This document shows positions 50,665-60,220 of a DNA stretch of 64,000 nt, piece after piece. The notes below the pieces were generated by a model. It was given only the letters and a program-made list of their open reading frames with translations. It was not told the DNA's origin and did not search any database. The DNA is from an uncultured Nitrospiraceae bacterium (GTDB taxonomy: Bacteria; Nitrospirota; Thermodesulfovibrionia; Thermodesulfovibrionales; Dissulfurispiraceae): NCBI GenBank assembly GCA_963727805.1, contig CAVSHF010000003.1:576001-640000 (forward strand), given 5' to 3'. Position 1 is the stretch's first letter, and each line of letters starts with the position of its first letter. The translations under genes and the position numbers were made by a program.

Positions 50665-52335
50665 TTACTGGAAAACTAAAGGCATGTCGGTAGGCGCACC
50701 CCAGCCCGCACAGACCTCTTTCGTCAGATCCGTAGGCGCTCCACAGCCCGCCCATGTCCCAGTAGCAGCGTATGTCCCCGGATAGTCCAAATACCACATC
50801 CCGTTTCTGAACACTCCTATTTTGGACTTCCCGTCGGCACTGCCGTTCCAGTTGCCTACTACCGGCACATCGATGCTCGCTCCATAAGGTATGCAGGCAG
50901 CTTTCGTCGGATCCGCAGGCGCTCCACAGCCCGACCATGTACCAGTAGCAGCATACGTCCCAGCGTAGTCTAGATACCACGTCCCGTTTCTGAATATGCC
51001 TATCTTGGACTTCCCATCAGCACTGCCGTTCCAGTTGCCCACTACCGGTTTATCGCTGGCAATTCCAAAAGGTATGCAGGCCGCTTTCGTCGGATCTGCA
51101 GGCGCTCCACAGCCCGACCATGTACCAGTAGCAGCATACGTCCCAGCGTAGTCTAGATACCACGTCCCGTTTCTGATTATTCCTATTTTGGACTTCCCAT
51201 CAGCACTGCCGTTCCAGTTGCCCACTACCGGTATATCGCTGGCAATTCCAAAAGGTATGCAGGCCGCTTTCGTCGGATCCGCAGGCGCTCCACAGCCCGA
51301 CCATGTGCCAGTAGCAGCATACGTCCCAGCGTAGTCTAGATACCACGTCCCGTTTCTGAATATGCCTATTTTTGACTTCCCATCTGCACTTCCATTCCAG
51401 TTGCCCATAACTGGAATGTCGCCAGTCGTACCGAAACCATAACATCCGTCCGGCCCGCAACCACTCCAGGTATAGGTGCCAACAAGATCTATGTACCATT
51501 GGCCACTTCTGAAAACACCGATCTTGGTCTGCGTAGAGGTTGGCGGAGGTGGTGTCAATGGATACGGTGCGAGACCGAGAATAAAGGGCTGAGATGCCGA
51601 TAAAGGTGGGCTTAATTGCGTGGTGATTCCAGTACTGGTGTTGATCGTATACGTTTCAAAAGGGGCGTTGACGGTACCACCTTGCAAGAGGGCATATAGT
51701 GTGTTATTAATATAAACCATCGCTGCCCAATCGTTAGAAGAAAGGGAGGTGCCTACCGTAGTAGTACTTCCAGTGGCCGTGTTTATAGAGTAGAACCAAC
51801 GGTTATTTGTACCAGTACCAGCGTTAATCTCGAACAATGAACTCGAGTCTTTGGAGGTTGAAAGAATTGGAAACTGAACACCCTCAGCGAGGCCCACTGC
51901 GGTTGCAGCGCCGTTGGCTGGATTAATCGAAGCAATCGGGCCGCCGATGACATATGCAAAGAGGCCGTTGGTGGTCGAACCGAAAGCTGCGTAGTCAGAA
52001 CCTGATGCTCCAATAAAAGTGGCTGCTCCCGTCGCAGGGTTAATAGACCAGAGTTGGCCGTGGCCATATGTACCGGAGTTGTTACTGGTGGTGAAGTATA
52101 GATTACCGTTGGCTACACCCAAGCCGTAACCGGCCTCCAAAGCATTATTGGGGTTTATTATAGTGGTTTGCCCGGTATTGAGGTCTATGGTGCCGAATTC
52201 ACCATTGTTATCCTGAAAATAGGCAATTGTGTCAGCTGCCTTTGCGGCCGTGCTGGCGCCAAAAAGATATAATCCGACGGCAATAGTAAAAAAAACAAGT
52301 TTAATACTGGAAAATTTCAATACATTAATGAACAT
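50665..52335 (-). CDS. Secreted protein: beta-rich N-domain, Pro/Thr linker, five C-terminal ~61-aa repeats
   Basis: Signal peptide (AKA-AD), INPATGAAT-type repeats, PLTPPPPTS linker, KIGIFRNGTWYLD repeats. Confidence 0.88.
   Translation of the reverse strand: MFINVLKFSSIKLVFFTIAVGLYLFGASTAAKAADTIAYFQDNNGEFGTIDLNTGQTTIINPNNALEAGYGLGVANGNLYFTTSNNSGTYGHGQLWSINPATGAATFIGASGSDYAAFGSTTNGLFAYVIGGPIASINPANGAATAVGLAEGVQFPILSTSKDSSSLFEINAGTGTNNRWFYSINTATGSTTTVGTSLSSNDWAAMVYINNTLYALLQGGTVNAPFETYTINTSTGITTQLSPPLSASQPFILGLAPYPLTPPPPTSTQTKIGVFRSGQWYIDLVGTYTWSGCGPDGCYGFGTTGDIPVMGNWNGSADGKSKIGIFRNGTWYLDYAGTYAATGTWSGCGAPADPTKAACIPFGIASDIPVVGNWNGSADGKSKIGIIRNGTWYLDYAGTYAATGTWSGCGAPADPTKAACIPFGIASDKPVVGNWNGSADGKSKIGIFRNGTWYLDYAGTYAATGTWSGCGAPADPTKAACIPYGASIDVPVVGNWNGSADGKSKIGVFRNGMWYLDYPGTYAATGTWAGCGAPTDLTKEVCAGWGAPTDMPLVFQ
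50668..51526 (-). repeat. Intragenic tandem repeat, 183-bp period (5 units)
   Basis: TACCACGTCCCGTTTCTGA recurs at 50975, 51158 and 51341. Confidence 0.95.
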
Positions 52336-52564
52336 TTTGCCCTCCGTTTCTGCGTTATTAACAATATTATTTTATCTTCTATAACCCGATCTTCTATATG
52401 TGCTATTATGTGCCGCCATATATTGGCCCTTTATCACACAGCAAATCTGACCAAGCTGGAGAAATCATTAACAATCCGGTGAGAACGACGATAAACAGCA
52501 AACCACTACTTCTTCACAGGTTAATCTTCTTCAATTTTATTCAATAATAAGCCCCCCTTTATAA

Positions 52565-52611
52565 TTAAAAAGCCGAGTCTGACGAAGTTAATTCCTTCGG
52601 CAACCCGGCTG
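52565..52611 (-). terminator. Terminator overlapping the riboswitch aptamer
   Basis: AGCCGGGUUGCCGAAG...CUUCGUCAGACUCGGCU followed by UUUU. Confidence 0.7.
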
Positions 52612-52677
52612 TCTTCTACCTGGAAGACCCGTTGCTTTCCGTCCCCTTCTCACGAAAGGTTTGGCCTTATCGAGACC
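52593..52677 (-). ncRNA. c-di-GMP-I (GEMM-I) riboswitch
   Basis: CGAUAAGGCCAAACCUUUC-GUGA-GAAGGGGACGGAAAGCAACGGGUCUUC...GAAGACAGCCGGGUUGCCGA matches the GEMM-I architecture. Confidence 0.9.
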
Positions 52678-52705
52678 AATTATAATTCTTTATTTAGTCA
52701 AATGC

Positions 52706-52750
52706 AAGCAATATGTTTAAAGCAATATGTTTAAAGCAATATGTTTAAAG
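52706..52750 (+). repeat. 14-bp tandem repeat x3
   Basis: AAGCAATATGTTTA three times, plus degenerate copies. Confidence 0.9.
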
Positions 52751-52935
52751 TGTTTAAAGTTGTGTTAATGAACAAATCGTTCTTATATATACAGATTAAT
52801 ACTGATACTTATTTGTAAAATAAGTTATGGAAAGTCAAATCCACAAGACCAGCTTTTAACCAATTGTCAACGCAATTAGTGAGCTGTGCAGTTTGACCTC
52901 TCTGCTTTTTTCCTCTATCGCGTGAATCTTGCTTC

Positions 52936-53052
52936 TTATTTCGCTCCGCTTTTTGGTTGTTTATCCTTCTTCTCTTTTAGATCATGTGCCTGTTTGGTCG
53001 CCTTCTGTTTCTGGCCTTTGTCTTTGTCTTTTTTGCCGCCTTTGTCTCCCAT
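52936..53052 (-). CDS. 38-aa lysine-rich small protein (not in the ORF track)
   Basis: AAGGAGG RBS; MGDKGGKKDKDKGQKQKATKQAHDLKEKKDKQPKSGAK. Confidence 0.7.
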   Translation of the reverse strand: MGDKGGKKDKDKGQKQKATKQAHDLKEKKDKQPKSGAK

Positions 53053-53402
53053 CTGTGCCTCCTTGGGGATCTATCATATTCTTGCCTTTTGAAAACGAGT
53101 CTTCCTTATGATAAATGCTACCAGAACTATGAACCGAAGGCAAGCGAGGGAATGGCGACCGGCCGCAAGAGTCGACGTAAGGAGGGATGTATACTGAAGC
53201 CAGACTGCAAAACCGCAGGCCACACGAGAAGTAACTGAGAGAGCAAGATCCCCTACCACTCCGTGAAAAAGAGTTGCATCCGCCACCGTCAAGTACCTAA
53301 TCCAAGGAGATTGGATTTTCCAGTTTAAGATTATACTGTTTAGTTCTTGGTTCCGGACTCTTAGTTCTCAGCTTTCTTTAAAGACTTGTGGTACAATTTC
53401 AC

Positions 53403-53645
53403 ATGAAAAGCACAATAGGATTTATCATTTTCGTGCTCATTATAGTATTAGTGTTATATTCGGTTTCCGGAAAACGTTATCCGCAAGTTCCCGGCGATGA
53501 CGTTCACAAGGTTCTGGAGATCAGCAACAGCGCAGCGTGTATGGAATGTCATGGTCCCGGCAAAAAGGCCGCACTCAAAGAGCACCATCCGCCCAAATTC
53601 GAATGCATTAAATGTCATAAGGAAGTGCAGAAGAGCGGAAACTAG
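53403..53645 (+). CDS. Small membrane-anchored diheme cytochrome c
   Basis: N-terminal TM segment, CMECH and CIKCH. Confidence 0.85.
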   Translation: MKSTIGFIIFVLIIVLVLYSVSGKRYPQVPGDDVHKVLEISNSAACMECHGPGKKAALKEHHPPKFECIKCHKEVQKSGN

Positions 53646-53677
53646 ATATATTTATATGTATAGAGCAAAGGAGAGTC

Positions 53678-56344
53678 ATGCAAAAAAGAATAGTTGGCAT
53701 TTTGCTTTTGATACTTTCGGTCCATTTTCTAAATGTCTCTTGTCTTCAAGCTGAAACAAGCGAGAGCATCATCCGATCAACGCTTAAAAATGGTCTTCGG
53801 GTAGTTATCGTCAAGAACGAGCTTGCACCAGTGGTGACCGTTCAAATAAATTATCTGGTCGGGGCCAATGATGATCCTCATGGGTTCCCTGGCACAGCCC
53901 ATGCCCAGGAACATATGATGTTCCGCGGAAGTCCAGGCTTGTCGGCCGCTCAAATGTCTGCAATAATCGCCAATTTGGGTGGCGAATTCAATGCCAACAC
54001 TCAGCAGACCATAACACAATATTCATTGACGGTCCCTGACGCCGACCTCGACGTGGCGCTGCATGTTGAGGCAGTTCGCATGCGAGGGGTTCTGGACTCT
54101 CAGACGCTTTGGCAGCAAGAACGCGGTGCAATTGAGCAGGAAGTTGCTCAGGACATTTCAAATCCTGAGTATGTTTATTACACAAAGCTTCGCACAGAGA
54201 TGTTTCATGATACGCCATATGCTCACGACGCACTAGGCACGCGAGCATCGTTTGACAAAATGACTGGTGGAACGCTCAAAAAGTTTCACAAGCGATGGTA
54301 TGGACCCCACAACGCCATTTTGGTCATCGTCGGCAATGTCGAACCTGAAAAGACACTAAAAAAGGTGAAGAGGCTTTTCGAGGCCATCCCCGCCAGAACT
54401 GTACCGCCACATCCTAGAGTCCAACTAAAGCCGATGAGGGCTGCGACGATCAACCTCGAAACCGATCTTCCATATGGCTTAGCTATTTTGACTTACCGTC
54501 TACCCGGATACGAAAGCCCTGATTATGCAGCCGGCCAAATACTCGGCGACATTTTGGAAAGCAAGCGGGGCAACATTTACGCCTTGGTGCCACAGGGCAA
54601 GGCGCTTTCAATCGAAGTCAACATTGAGACGCTTCCCAAGGCTGCGATAGGCTACGTAGCGGCGGCATACCCGAAGGGGGACGAGGGGAATAAACTTATC
54701 TTGACGATGAAGGACATTATAGATGAGTACTCGCAAAATGGTTTCCCATCAGAGTTGGTAGAAGCGGCAAAGCACCTCGAGATCGCAAATAACGAACTAC
54801 AGAAAAATTCTGTAGAAGGTCTTGCGTCATTGTGGTCGCAGACACTTGCTATAGAGGGTCGCAGATCCCCTGAAGAAGATATTGATGAGATCAAGAAAGT
54901 TACTGTTGAGGATGTAAATCGCGTCGCGAAAACTTACTTTGCCAATGACACAGCAATTACTGCGGTACTTGAGCCCCACGTATCTGGTAAAGCAGTCCCT
55001 TCGGCAAGCGCAATGGGAAAGGAATCATTTGTTTCGAGACAGACAAGGCATGTGAAGTTACCGTCATGGGCAAAAAATGCTGATTCAATACCTGCCTTGC
55101 CCACTTCGAAGTTAAATCCTGAAGTAACAATTCTGTCCAATGGAATGCGACTGATCATATTGCCTGAAAATGTGAGCGACTCAGTCAGCGTTTACGGGAA
55201 GATCAAAAATAACCCGGAGATGCAGGCTCCTGAGGGACAGGACGGGGTTGACCGTGTTCTTAACAGCCTTTTTTCTCATGGCACAAAAACGCTGGACCGC
55301 CTTGCATTTCAGAAGGCATTGGACGATATCGCGGCTAAGGAATCAGCTGGGAGCAGTTTTTCGTTGGAAGTATTGGCGAATAACTTCGACAAAGGAATCC
55401 AGTTATTGGCAGATAATATGCTCCATCCGGCACTTCCTGAGGACGCTTTCCGTGTTGTGCAACAGGAGACTAGCGGTGAACTATCAGGGCTTCTTCAGAG
55501 TCCCTCCTACTTGTCCAAGCGCGCCATGATCAATGCACTATATCCTAAAGATGATCCGACACTGCGACAAGCCACAATGGACACTGTCGCTAAGCTTACG
55601 CTTGATGACGTAAGGAATTATTATTTGAAGGTTTTCAGGCCAGACATGACGACCATCGTCATCATAGGCCGGGTAACGCCTGATCAAGCCAAGTCAGTTA
55701 TATTGAAATATTTCGGCAACTGGAAGGCGGAAGGACCAAAGCTGGACACGGATCTTCCTTCCGTCCCACCCAATAAGTCATCCTCAGCGGTAATTCCTGA
55801 CGCAAGTCGGGTTCAGGATGACGTAACTCTGGCTGAGACGCTTAGACTCACACGTTTGGATCCAGATTATTATACGTTGCAGGTCGGCCGCCATGTGCTA
55901 TCGGGAGCATTTTATGCAACCAGACTTTATCAGGACCTTAGGGAACGCACAGGGCTTGTTTATTCGGTAGAAGCAGTGCTTGAGGCTGGCAAACATCGTT
56001 CTCTATTTGGTGTTATTTATGCCTCGGATCCGCAAAATGTTGCTAAAGCGCGCGCCATCGTTGAGCATAATCTTACAGAAATGCAGACAAAACTGGTCTC
56101 TCCAATGGAACTTCGCCAGGCTAAGACTCTCCTTATCCGACAAATTTCCCTTTCGGAGGCCAGCGTTAAAAGCATCGCCGCAAGGCTGCTACAGTACTCG
56201 ATGGCAGACCTGCCCCTTGATGAACATGTGCAAGCAGCAAAACGCTATATGGACATTACTGCTTCAGATGTAAGATTGGCTTTTACCAAATGGATACGGC
56301 TTGATGACCTTGTTCAGATTACGGTCGGGCCGAATCCTGAGTAA
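53678..56344 (+). CDS. M16 (pitrilysin) family zinc protease
   Basis: Signal peptide, HAQEHMMFRG (HxxEH), two M16 halves, LRERTGLVY. Confidence 0.93.
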   Translation: MQKRIVGILLLILSVHFLNVSCLQAETSESIIRSTLKNGLRVVIVKNELAPVVTVQINYLVGANDDPHGFPGTAHAQEHMMFRGSPGLSAAQMSAIIANLGGEFNANTQQTITQYSLTVPDADLDVALHVEAVRMRGVLDSQTLWQQERGAIEQEVAQDISNPEYVYYTKLRTEMFHDTPYAHDALGTRASFDKMTGGTLKKFHKRWYGPHNAILVIVGNVEPEKTLKKVKRLFEAIPARTVPPHPRVQLKPMRAATINLETDLPYGLAILTYRLPGYESPDYAAGQILGDILESKRGNIYALVPQGKALSIEVNIETLPKAAIGYVAAAYPKGDEGNKLILTMKDIIDEYSQNGFPSELVEAAKHLEIANNELQKNSVEGLASLWSQTLAIEGRRSPEEDIDEIKKVTVEDVNRVAKTYFANDTAITAVLEPHVSGKAVPSASAMGKESFVSRQTRHVKLPSWAKNADSIPALPTSKLNPEVTILSNGMRLIILPENVSDSVSVYGKIKNNPEMQAPEGQDGVDRVLNSLFSHGTKTLDRLAFQKALDDIAAKESAGSSFSLEVLANNFDKGIQLLADNMLHPALPEDAFRVVQQETSGELSGLLQSPSYLSKRAMINALYPKDDPTLRQATMDTVAKLTLDDVRNYYLKVFRPDMTTIVIIGRVTPDQAKSVILKYFGNWKAEGPKLDTDLPSVPPNKSSSAVIPDASRVQDDVTLAETLRLTRLDPDYYTLQVGRHVLSGAFYATRLYQDLRERTGLVYSVEAVLEAGKHRSLFGVIYASDPQNVAKARAIVEHNLTEMQTKLVSPMELRQAKTLLIRQISLSEASVKSIAARLLQYSMADLPLDEHVQAAKRYMDITASDVRLAFTKWIRLDDLVQITVGPNPE

Positions 56345-56417
56345 GCAGATGTATTAGAGACGGTGACTATGTTTGTACTGTTGTACGATCTGTTATTTAT
56401 ATCGGTGGCCGTGTTTA

Positions 56418-56960
56418 ATGCCTTTGCTTTTGATAATAGTAGGTCTTATCGGTGCCGGATGTACACATCGAGGAGTTGTCCAGAATGAGGCTCCTGCTCC
56501 AAAGGCTGCACCAGCGCCTGCCGTAGTAAAGAAACCCAGCTCTGCACCAACGGCTGAGAAGGTTAACCCGCAAGAAAATATACGAGAAAGGGAACTGACA
56601 GATACGCAGCGTTTGAAGAACGAGCTACAATCAAAGCTAAAGGATATTCATTTTAATTTTGACAAGTCTGACCTGGAAGGTGACGCAAAACCACTTCTTA
56701 GAGATATAGCGAATATCCTTATGAAATATCAGAAACTGGAGCTTATCATTGAAGGTAATTGCGATGATCGAGGGACCAGGGAGTATAACCTGGCTCTTGG
56801 AGACAAAAGAGCAAACTCCGCCAAACAATACCTGATATCAGTCGGCGTCCCTTCAGCAAACATTGAAACTGTCAGCTACGGAAAGCAAAAGCCCATCTGC
56901 ACGCAAAGCACGGAAGAGTGCCGGGCAAAAAATAGGAGAGACCACTTTGTTCTAAAGTAG
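56418..56960 (+). CDS. pal: Peptidoglycan-associated lipoprotein (OmpA-like C-domain)
   Basis: Lipobox GAGC, IHFNFDKS, EGNCDDRGTREYNLALGDKRA, VSYGK. The start is uncertain. Confidence 0.88.
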   Translation: MPLLLIIVGLIGAGCTHRGVVQNEAPAPKAAPAPAVVKKPSSAPTAEKVNPQENIRERELTDTQRLKNELQSKLKDIHFNFDKSDLEGDAKPLLRDIANILMKYQKLELIIEGNCDDRGTREYNLALGDKRANSAKQYLISVGVPSANIETVSYGKQKPICTQSTEECRAKNRRDHFVLK

Positions 56961-57589
56961 AGTGGATCACATTCCACTAGTTCACACATGCTGCTTATAT
57001 CAGGCCTGCATTTGATAAGGCAGGCCTGATACTGCTGACCAACTGCCTCAAGAAATGTTTCATAAAACATATCAGCTCTGCAGAAGCATGCGAGGCTAGA
57101 CGTCATCGCTCATGTCGTGGGAGCAGAAGTGACAAAACGCTTCCAATCAGCATAACACTCGCCAATGTGTAATACGATGAGATATGTCCTACAGGGTACA
57201 GCAGATTACTAACATTTACAGCAGCCCATGACAGACCATCTATGTACTCAACCATGACTCACCTCCCGATTGCCAATTAACTCATATTTTATTTTGTGTC
57301 TTGCGACTTGATGCCTTATGCTGTAAATGCAAATAGTATGCCATGGCCGATTACATTGATGATATTTCAGAGAATCAATTGCATCAAGCATTCTGGAGGA
57401 AGAGATGTTCTGTCGCGGTCACGATGTTATCTTCATTATTGTAGATTTTACTTCATTTATGTCTCTTTTGCTAACCATGAAGTTTATCAGCGTTGGATTC
57501 ACTGAATAGTTTGCTACGCAGCAATAACCCACAATCACACCTATAGCTGAATTTTACCGCGAGTTACCGCCCATGTGAGTTTACCCAAT

Positions 57590-57622
57590 AAAGAAGCAAG
57601 GCTTTGCCTGCCTTGCTTCTTT
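57590..57622 (-). terminator. Rho-independent terminator of the protease gene
   Basis: AAAGAAGCAAGGC...GCCTTGCTTCTTT. Confidence 0.7.
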
Positions 57623-57648
57623 GATAATGCTGATACTAAGCTGCTTAT

Positions 57649-60219
57649 TTATTTTACTATGGGCTCGTCGCCAGTCATGCCAAAAGTTATGCAGGCTTCC
57701 TTTGTCGGATCATTAGGCGCTCCGCAACCACTCCAGGTGCCCGTAGCAGGGTACGTCCCTGGGTAGTCAAGATACCACGTCCCATTTCTGAATACTCCAA
57801 TCTTGATTGTCCCGCTTCCATTCCAGTCAGCAACAACGGGAATATCGCCAGCAATCCCAAAAGGTATACAGGCATCTTTCGTCGGATCCCCAGGCGCTCC
57901 ACAGCCAACCCATGTGCCCGTCCCAGGGTACGTCCCTGGGTAGTCAAGATACCACGTCCCGTTTCTGAATACTCCAATCTTGGACTTGCCATCTGCACTG
58001 CCGTTCCAGTTGCCTACAACCGGGATATCGCCAGCTATTCCAAAAATTATGCAGGCTTCCTTTGTCGGATCACTAGGCGCTCCGCAACCACTCCATGTGC
58101 CCGTCCCAGGGTACGTCCCTGGGTAGTCAAGATACCACGTCCCGTTTCTGAATACTCCAATCTTGGACATGCCATCTGCACTGCCGTTCCAGTTGCCCAC
58201 AACCGGGATATCGCCAGCCATACCGAAAGATATACAGGCATCTTTCGTCGGATCCCCAGGCGCTCCGCAGCCAACCCATGTGCCCGTCCCAGGGTAGTCA
58301 AGATACCACATCCCGTTTCTAAAAATACCTGCTTTCTTCGTCCCAGATCCGTCCCAATCACCCATAACAGGGACATCGCCAGCCATCCCCCAGGACATAA
58401 CTGCGTCTACATTTGAATCCCATATGCCATTTTGATTAGTATCTATATACCATGACCCGTTCCTGAATACTCCGATTGACACAAGATCAGGAGTGCCGGT
58501 AACGTGGAAATTCGCAGCGACTGCCTTGGCCGTATTCATAGTTTTGGTGCAGGTTGCCGCAGTAACTGTCCCTCCTGTTGAATCGCATCCGCTCCATGTA
58601 ACGGTAGATCCCGTGGATGTGGTAGCTGTAAGTATTATCGCAGTCCCATAATTCAGCATTGTGGACTTGTTGTTAGCTGCAGGATAGGAGAAACTGATGC
58701 TACCCACGTTCGATGATGCCGTTCCTGACCCGTTACCAGCCGCATTAACTGTTAGGCTGTATTGGTTCAGGGTAAATATTGCCGTAACATTCTTTGCGGC
58801 ATTAATACTGTTAATGACGCAGGTCGCAGCCGTTGATGTACCCCCTGTTGTATCGCAGTTACCCGACCATGAAACCGAAGAGCCTGCGGCAGCAGTTGCC
58901 GTTAGCGTTATTGCCGTTCCATAGTTCAGAGTTGCAGACCCTGTATTGACAGTCGAATATGTGTAACTGATTCCTCCCGCATTCGACGAGATCGTTCCTG
59001 ACCCGTTACCAGCTGCATTGACTGTTAGGCCGTATTGGTTCAGAGTGAAAGTTGCCGTAACATTCCCGGCGGCGGACATTGTCACCGTACATGTGCCGGT
59101 TCCTGAACACCCCTCTCCCGACCAACCGGTGAAAGTCGAGCCCGTTGTCGCGTTGGCCGTCAACGTTACTGATGTACTGTCAACGTATGAAGCCGTGCCG
59201 GTATTGCCGCTCCAATTAATCAATCCCGTATTCGGCATAACACTTCCGCTGCCGGTACCTGACTTAGTGACAGTGAGATTATATAGTACCGCTGGATTCA
59301 CGGCATTGCCATATACATATGTCCAATATCCAAATTGAACCAGGTCAGTCATTTCACTGTAGGCAATCCTGAAGAAACCAGACTCTCCCCAGCTTGTTCC
59401 CCAACTATTCTTTACTATCAAATATTGTCCGGCATCATTATATCCAACAACTAATATGGCATGACTGCCCGCAACGTCGGTCACTGTCCGCGTGTATATG
59501 CCGCTTTTGTAAGAAAAAAAATCGTTATATACTACCATCGTACCGACTACCGGCCCATTTGTGCTGATCGCATTTTTTAAAGAATCTATAGAAGGTGCTA
59601 CAAGGTAGGACCAATTTGAGATTTTATAGCTTGAATTTTGCCTGTTCGCACATGCATTAGAGCATACTCCATCGGCAGCAGTATACGGATAGCATGTCTC
59701 AGGAGGAAGCCCGGTGCTGACTATATAGTCGGATGCAGAGCTTGGATACCCACCAGCTTCACAATTGCCCGCGCCGCTGCAGGAGAGCAATACTTGCTCT
59801 GACAGATTGACGTCGACTCCAGGCTCGGAATTCTTGATCAATACCTTTGACTCCAGAGCTGCTGTCGTCGCAAAGGCCCAACATGACCCGCAGTTGCCCT
59901 GATCCCGCACCGGCGTTACATAATTCCCGCCGTTGCTTCTCCAATCGAGTGCTGCGGGTGCTGAAGAGGGAACCTCGGCAAAGGCTATGGCCCCCTGGGG
60001 TATTTCACTGGGGAATACAGCCCCGAGGCGCCTACGTCTATCTTCGGAGGATAACCTTGACATAGACGTCTCGCCTGCCGTCCACTGCGCATTACTGTTG
60101 CTTATTGCCTGTTGTATAGTGGCAAGTTCATCGGCATTCGATAGCAAAGGCGACAGGATAGAAGACATAAATACCGCGAAAAAAACTGCTTTCACATATC
60201 CCTTTGCGTTTATATACAT
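57649..60219 (-). CDS. Secreted papain-like (C1A) cysteine protease with three InlB-B/Flg_new-like repeats and five C-terminal ~60-aa repeats
   Basis: DQGNCGSCWAF, HAILVVGY, KNSWG; FTGWSGEGCSGTGTC repeats; GVFRNGTWYLD repeats. Confidence 0.93.
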   Translation of the reverse strand: MYINAKGYVKAVFFAVFMSSILSPLLSNADELATIQQAISNSNAQWTAGETSMSRLSSEDRRRRLGAVFPSEIPQGAIAFAEVPSSAPAALDWRSNGGNYVTPVRDQGNCGSCWAFATTAALESKVLIKNSEPGVDVNLSEQVLLSCSGAGNCEAGGYPSSASDYIVSTGLPPETCYPYTAADGVCSNACANRQNSSYKISNWSYLVAPSIDSLKNAISTNGPVVGTMVVYNDFFSYKSGIYTRTVTDVAGSHAILVVGYNDAGQYLIVKNSWGTSWGESGFFRIAYSEMTDLVQFGYWTYVYGNAVNPAVLYNLTVTKSGTGSGSVMPNTGLINWSGNTGTASYVDSTSVTLTANATTGSTFTGWSGEGCSGTGTCTVTMSAAGNVTATFTLNQYGLTVNAAGNGSGTISSNAGGISYTYSTVNTGSATLNYGTAITLTATAAAGSSVSWSGNCDTTGGTSTAATCVINSINAAKNVTAIFTLNQYSLTVNAAGNGSGTASSNVGSISFSYPAANNKSTMLNYGTAIILTATTSTGSTVTWSGCDSTGGTVTAATCTKTMNTAKAVAANFHVTGTPDLVSIGVFRNGSWYIDTNQNGIWDSNVDAVMSWGMAGDVPVMGDWDGSGTKKAGIFRNGMWYLDYPGTGTWVGCGAPGDPTKDACISFGMAGDIPVVGNWNGSADGMSKIGVFRNGTWYLDYPGTYPGTGTWSGCGAPSDPTKEACIIFGIAGDIPVVGNWNGSADGKSKIGVFRNGTWYLDYPGTYPGTGTWVGCGAPGDPTKDACIPFGIAGDIPVVADWNGSGTIKIGVFRNGTWYLDYPGTYPATGTWSGCGAPNDPTKEACITFGMTGDEPIVK
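57652..58480 (-). repeat. Intragenic tandem repeat, 171-183 bp period (5 units)
   Basis: TACCAC(G/A)TCCC recurs at 57773, 57950, 58133 and 58304. Confidence 0.93.
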
Positions 60220-60220
60220 G

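Noticed and set aside
52400..52416. Possible sigma-54 site on the minus strand (GGCACATAATAGCA)
   Set aside because: GG-to-GC spacing is 9 nt rather than the required 10.
53125..53250. Possible degenerate MITE/REP-like element
   Set aside because: Only a vague resemblance; no terminal repeats or second copy in the window.
50668..58480. 183-bp repeats read as a CRISPR array or DGR template/variable repeats
   Set aside because: The units are in-frame coding repeats with no unique spacers. No adenine-specific variation was evident, and there is no RT or cas gene in the window.
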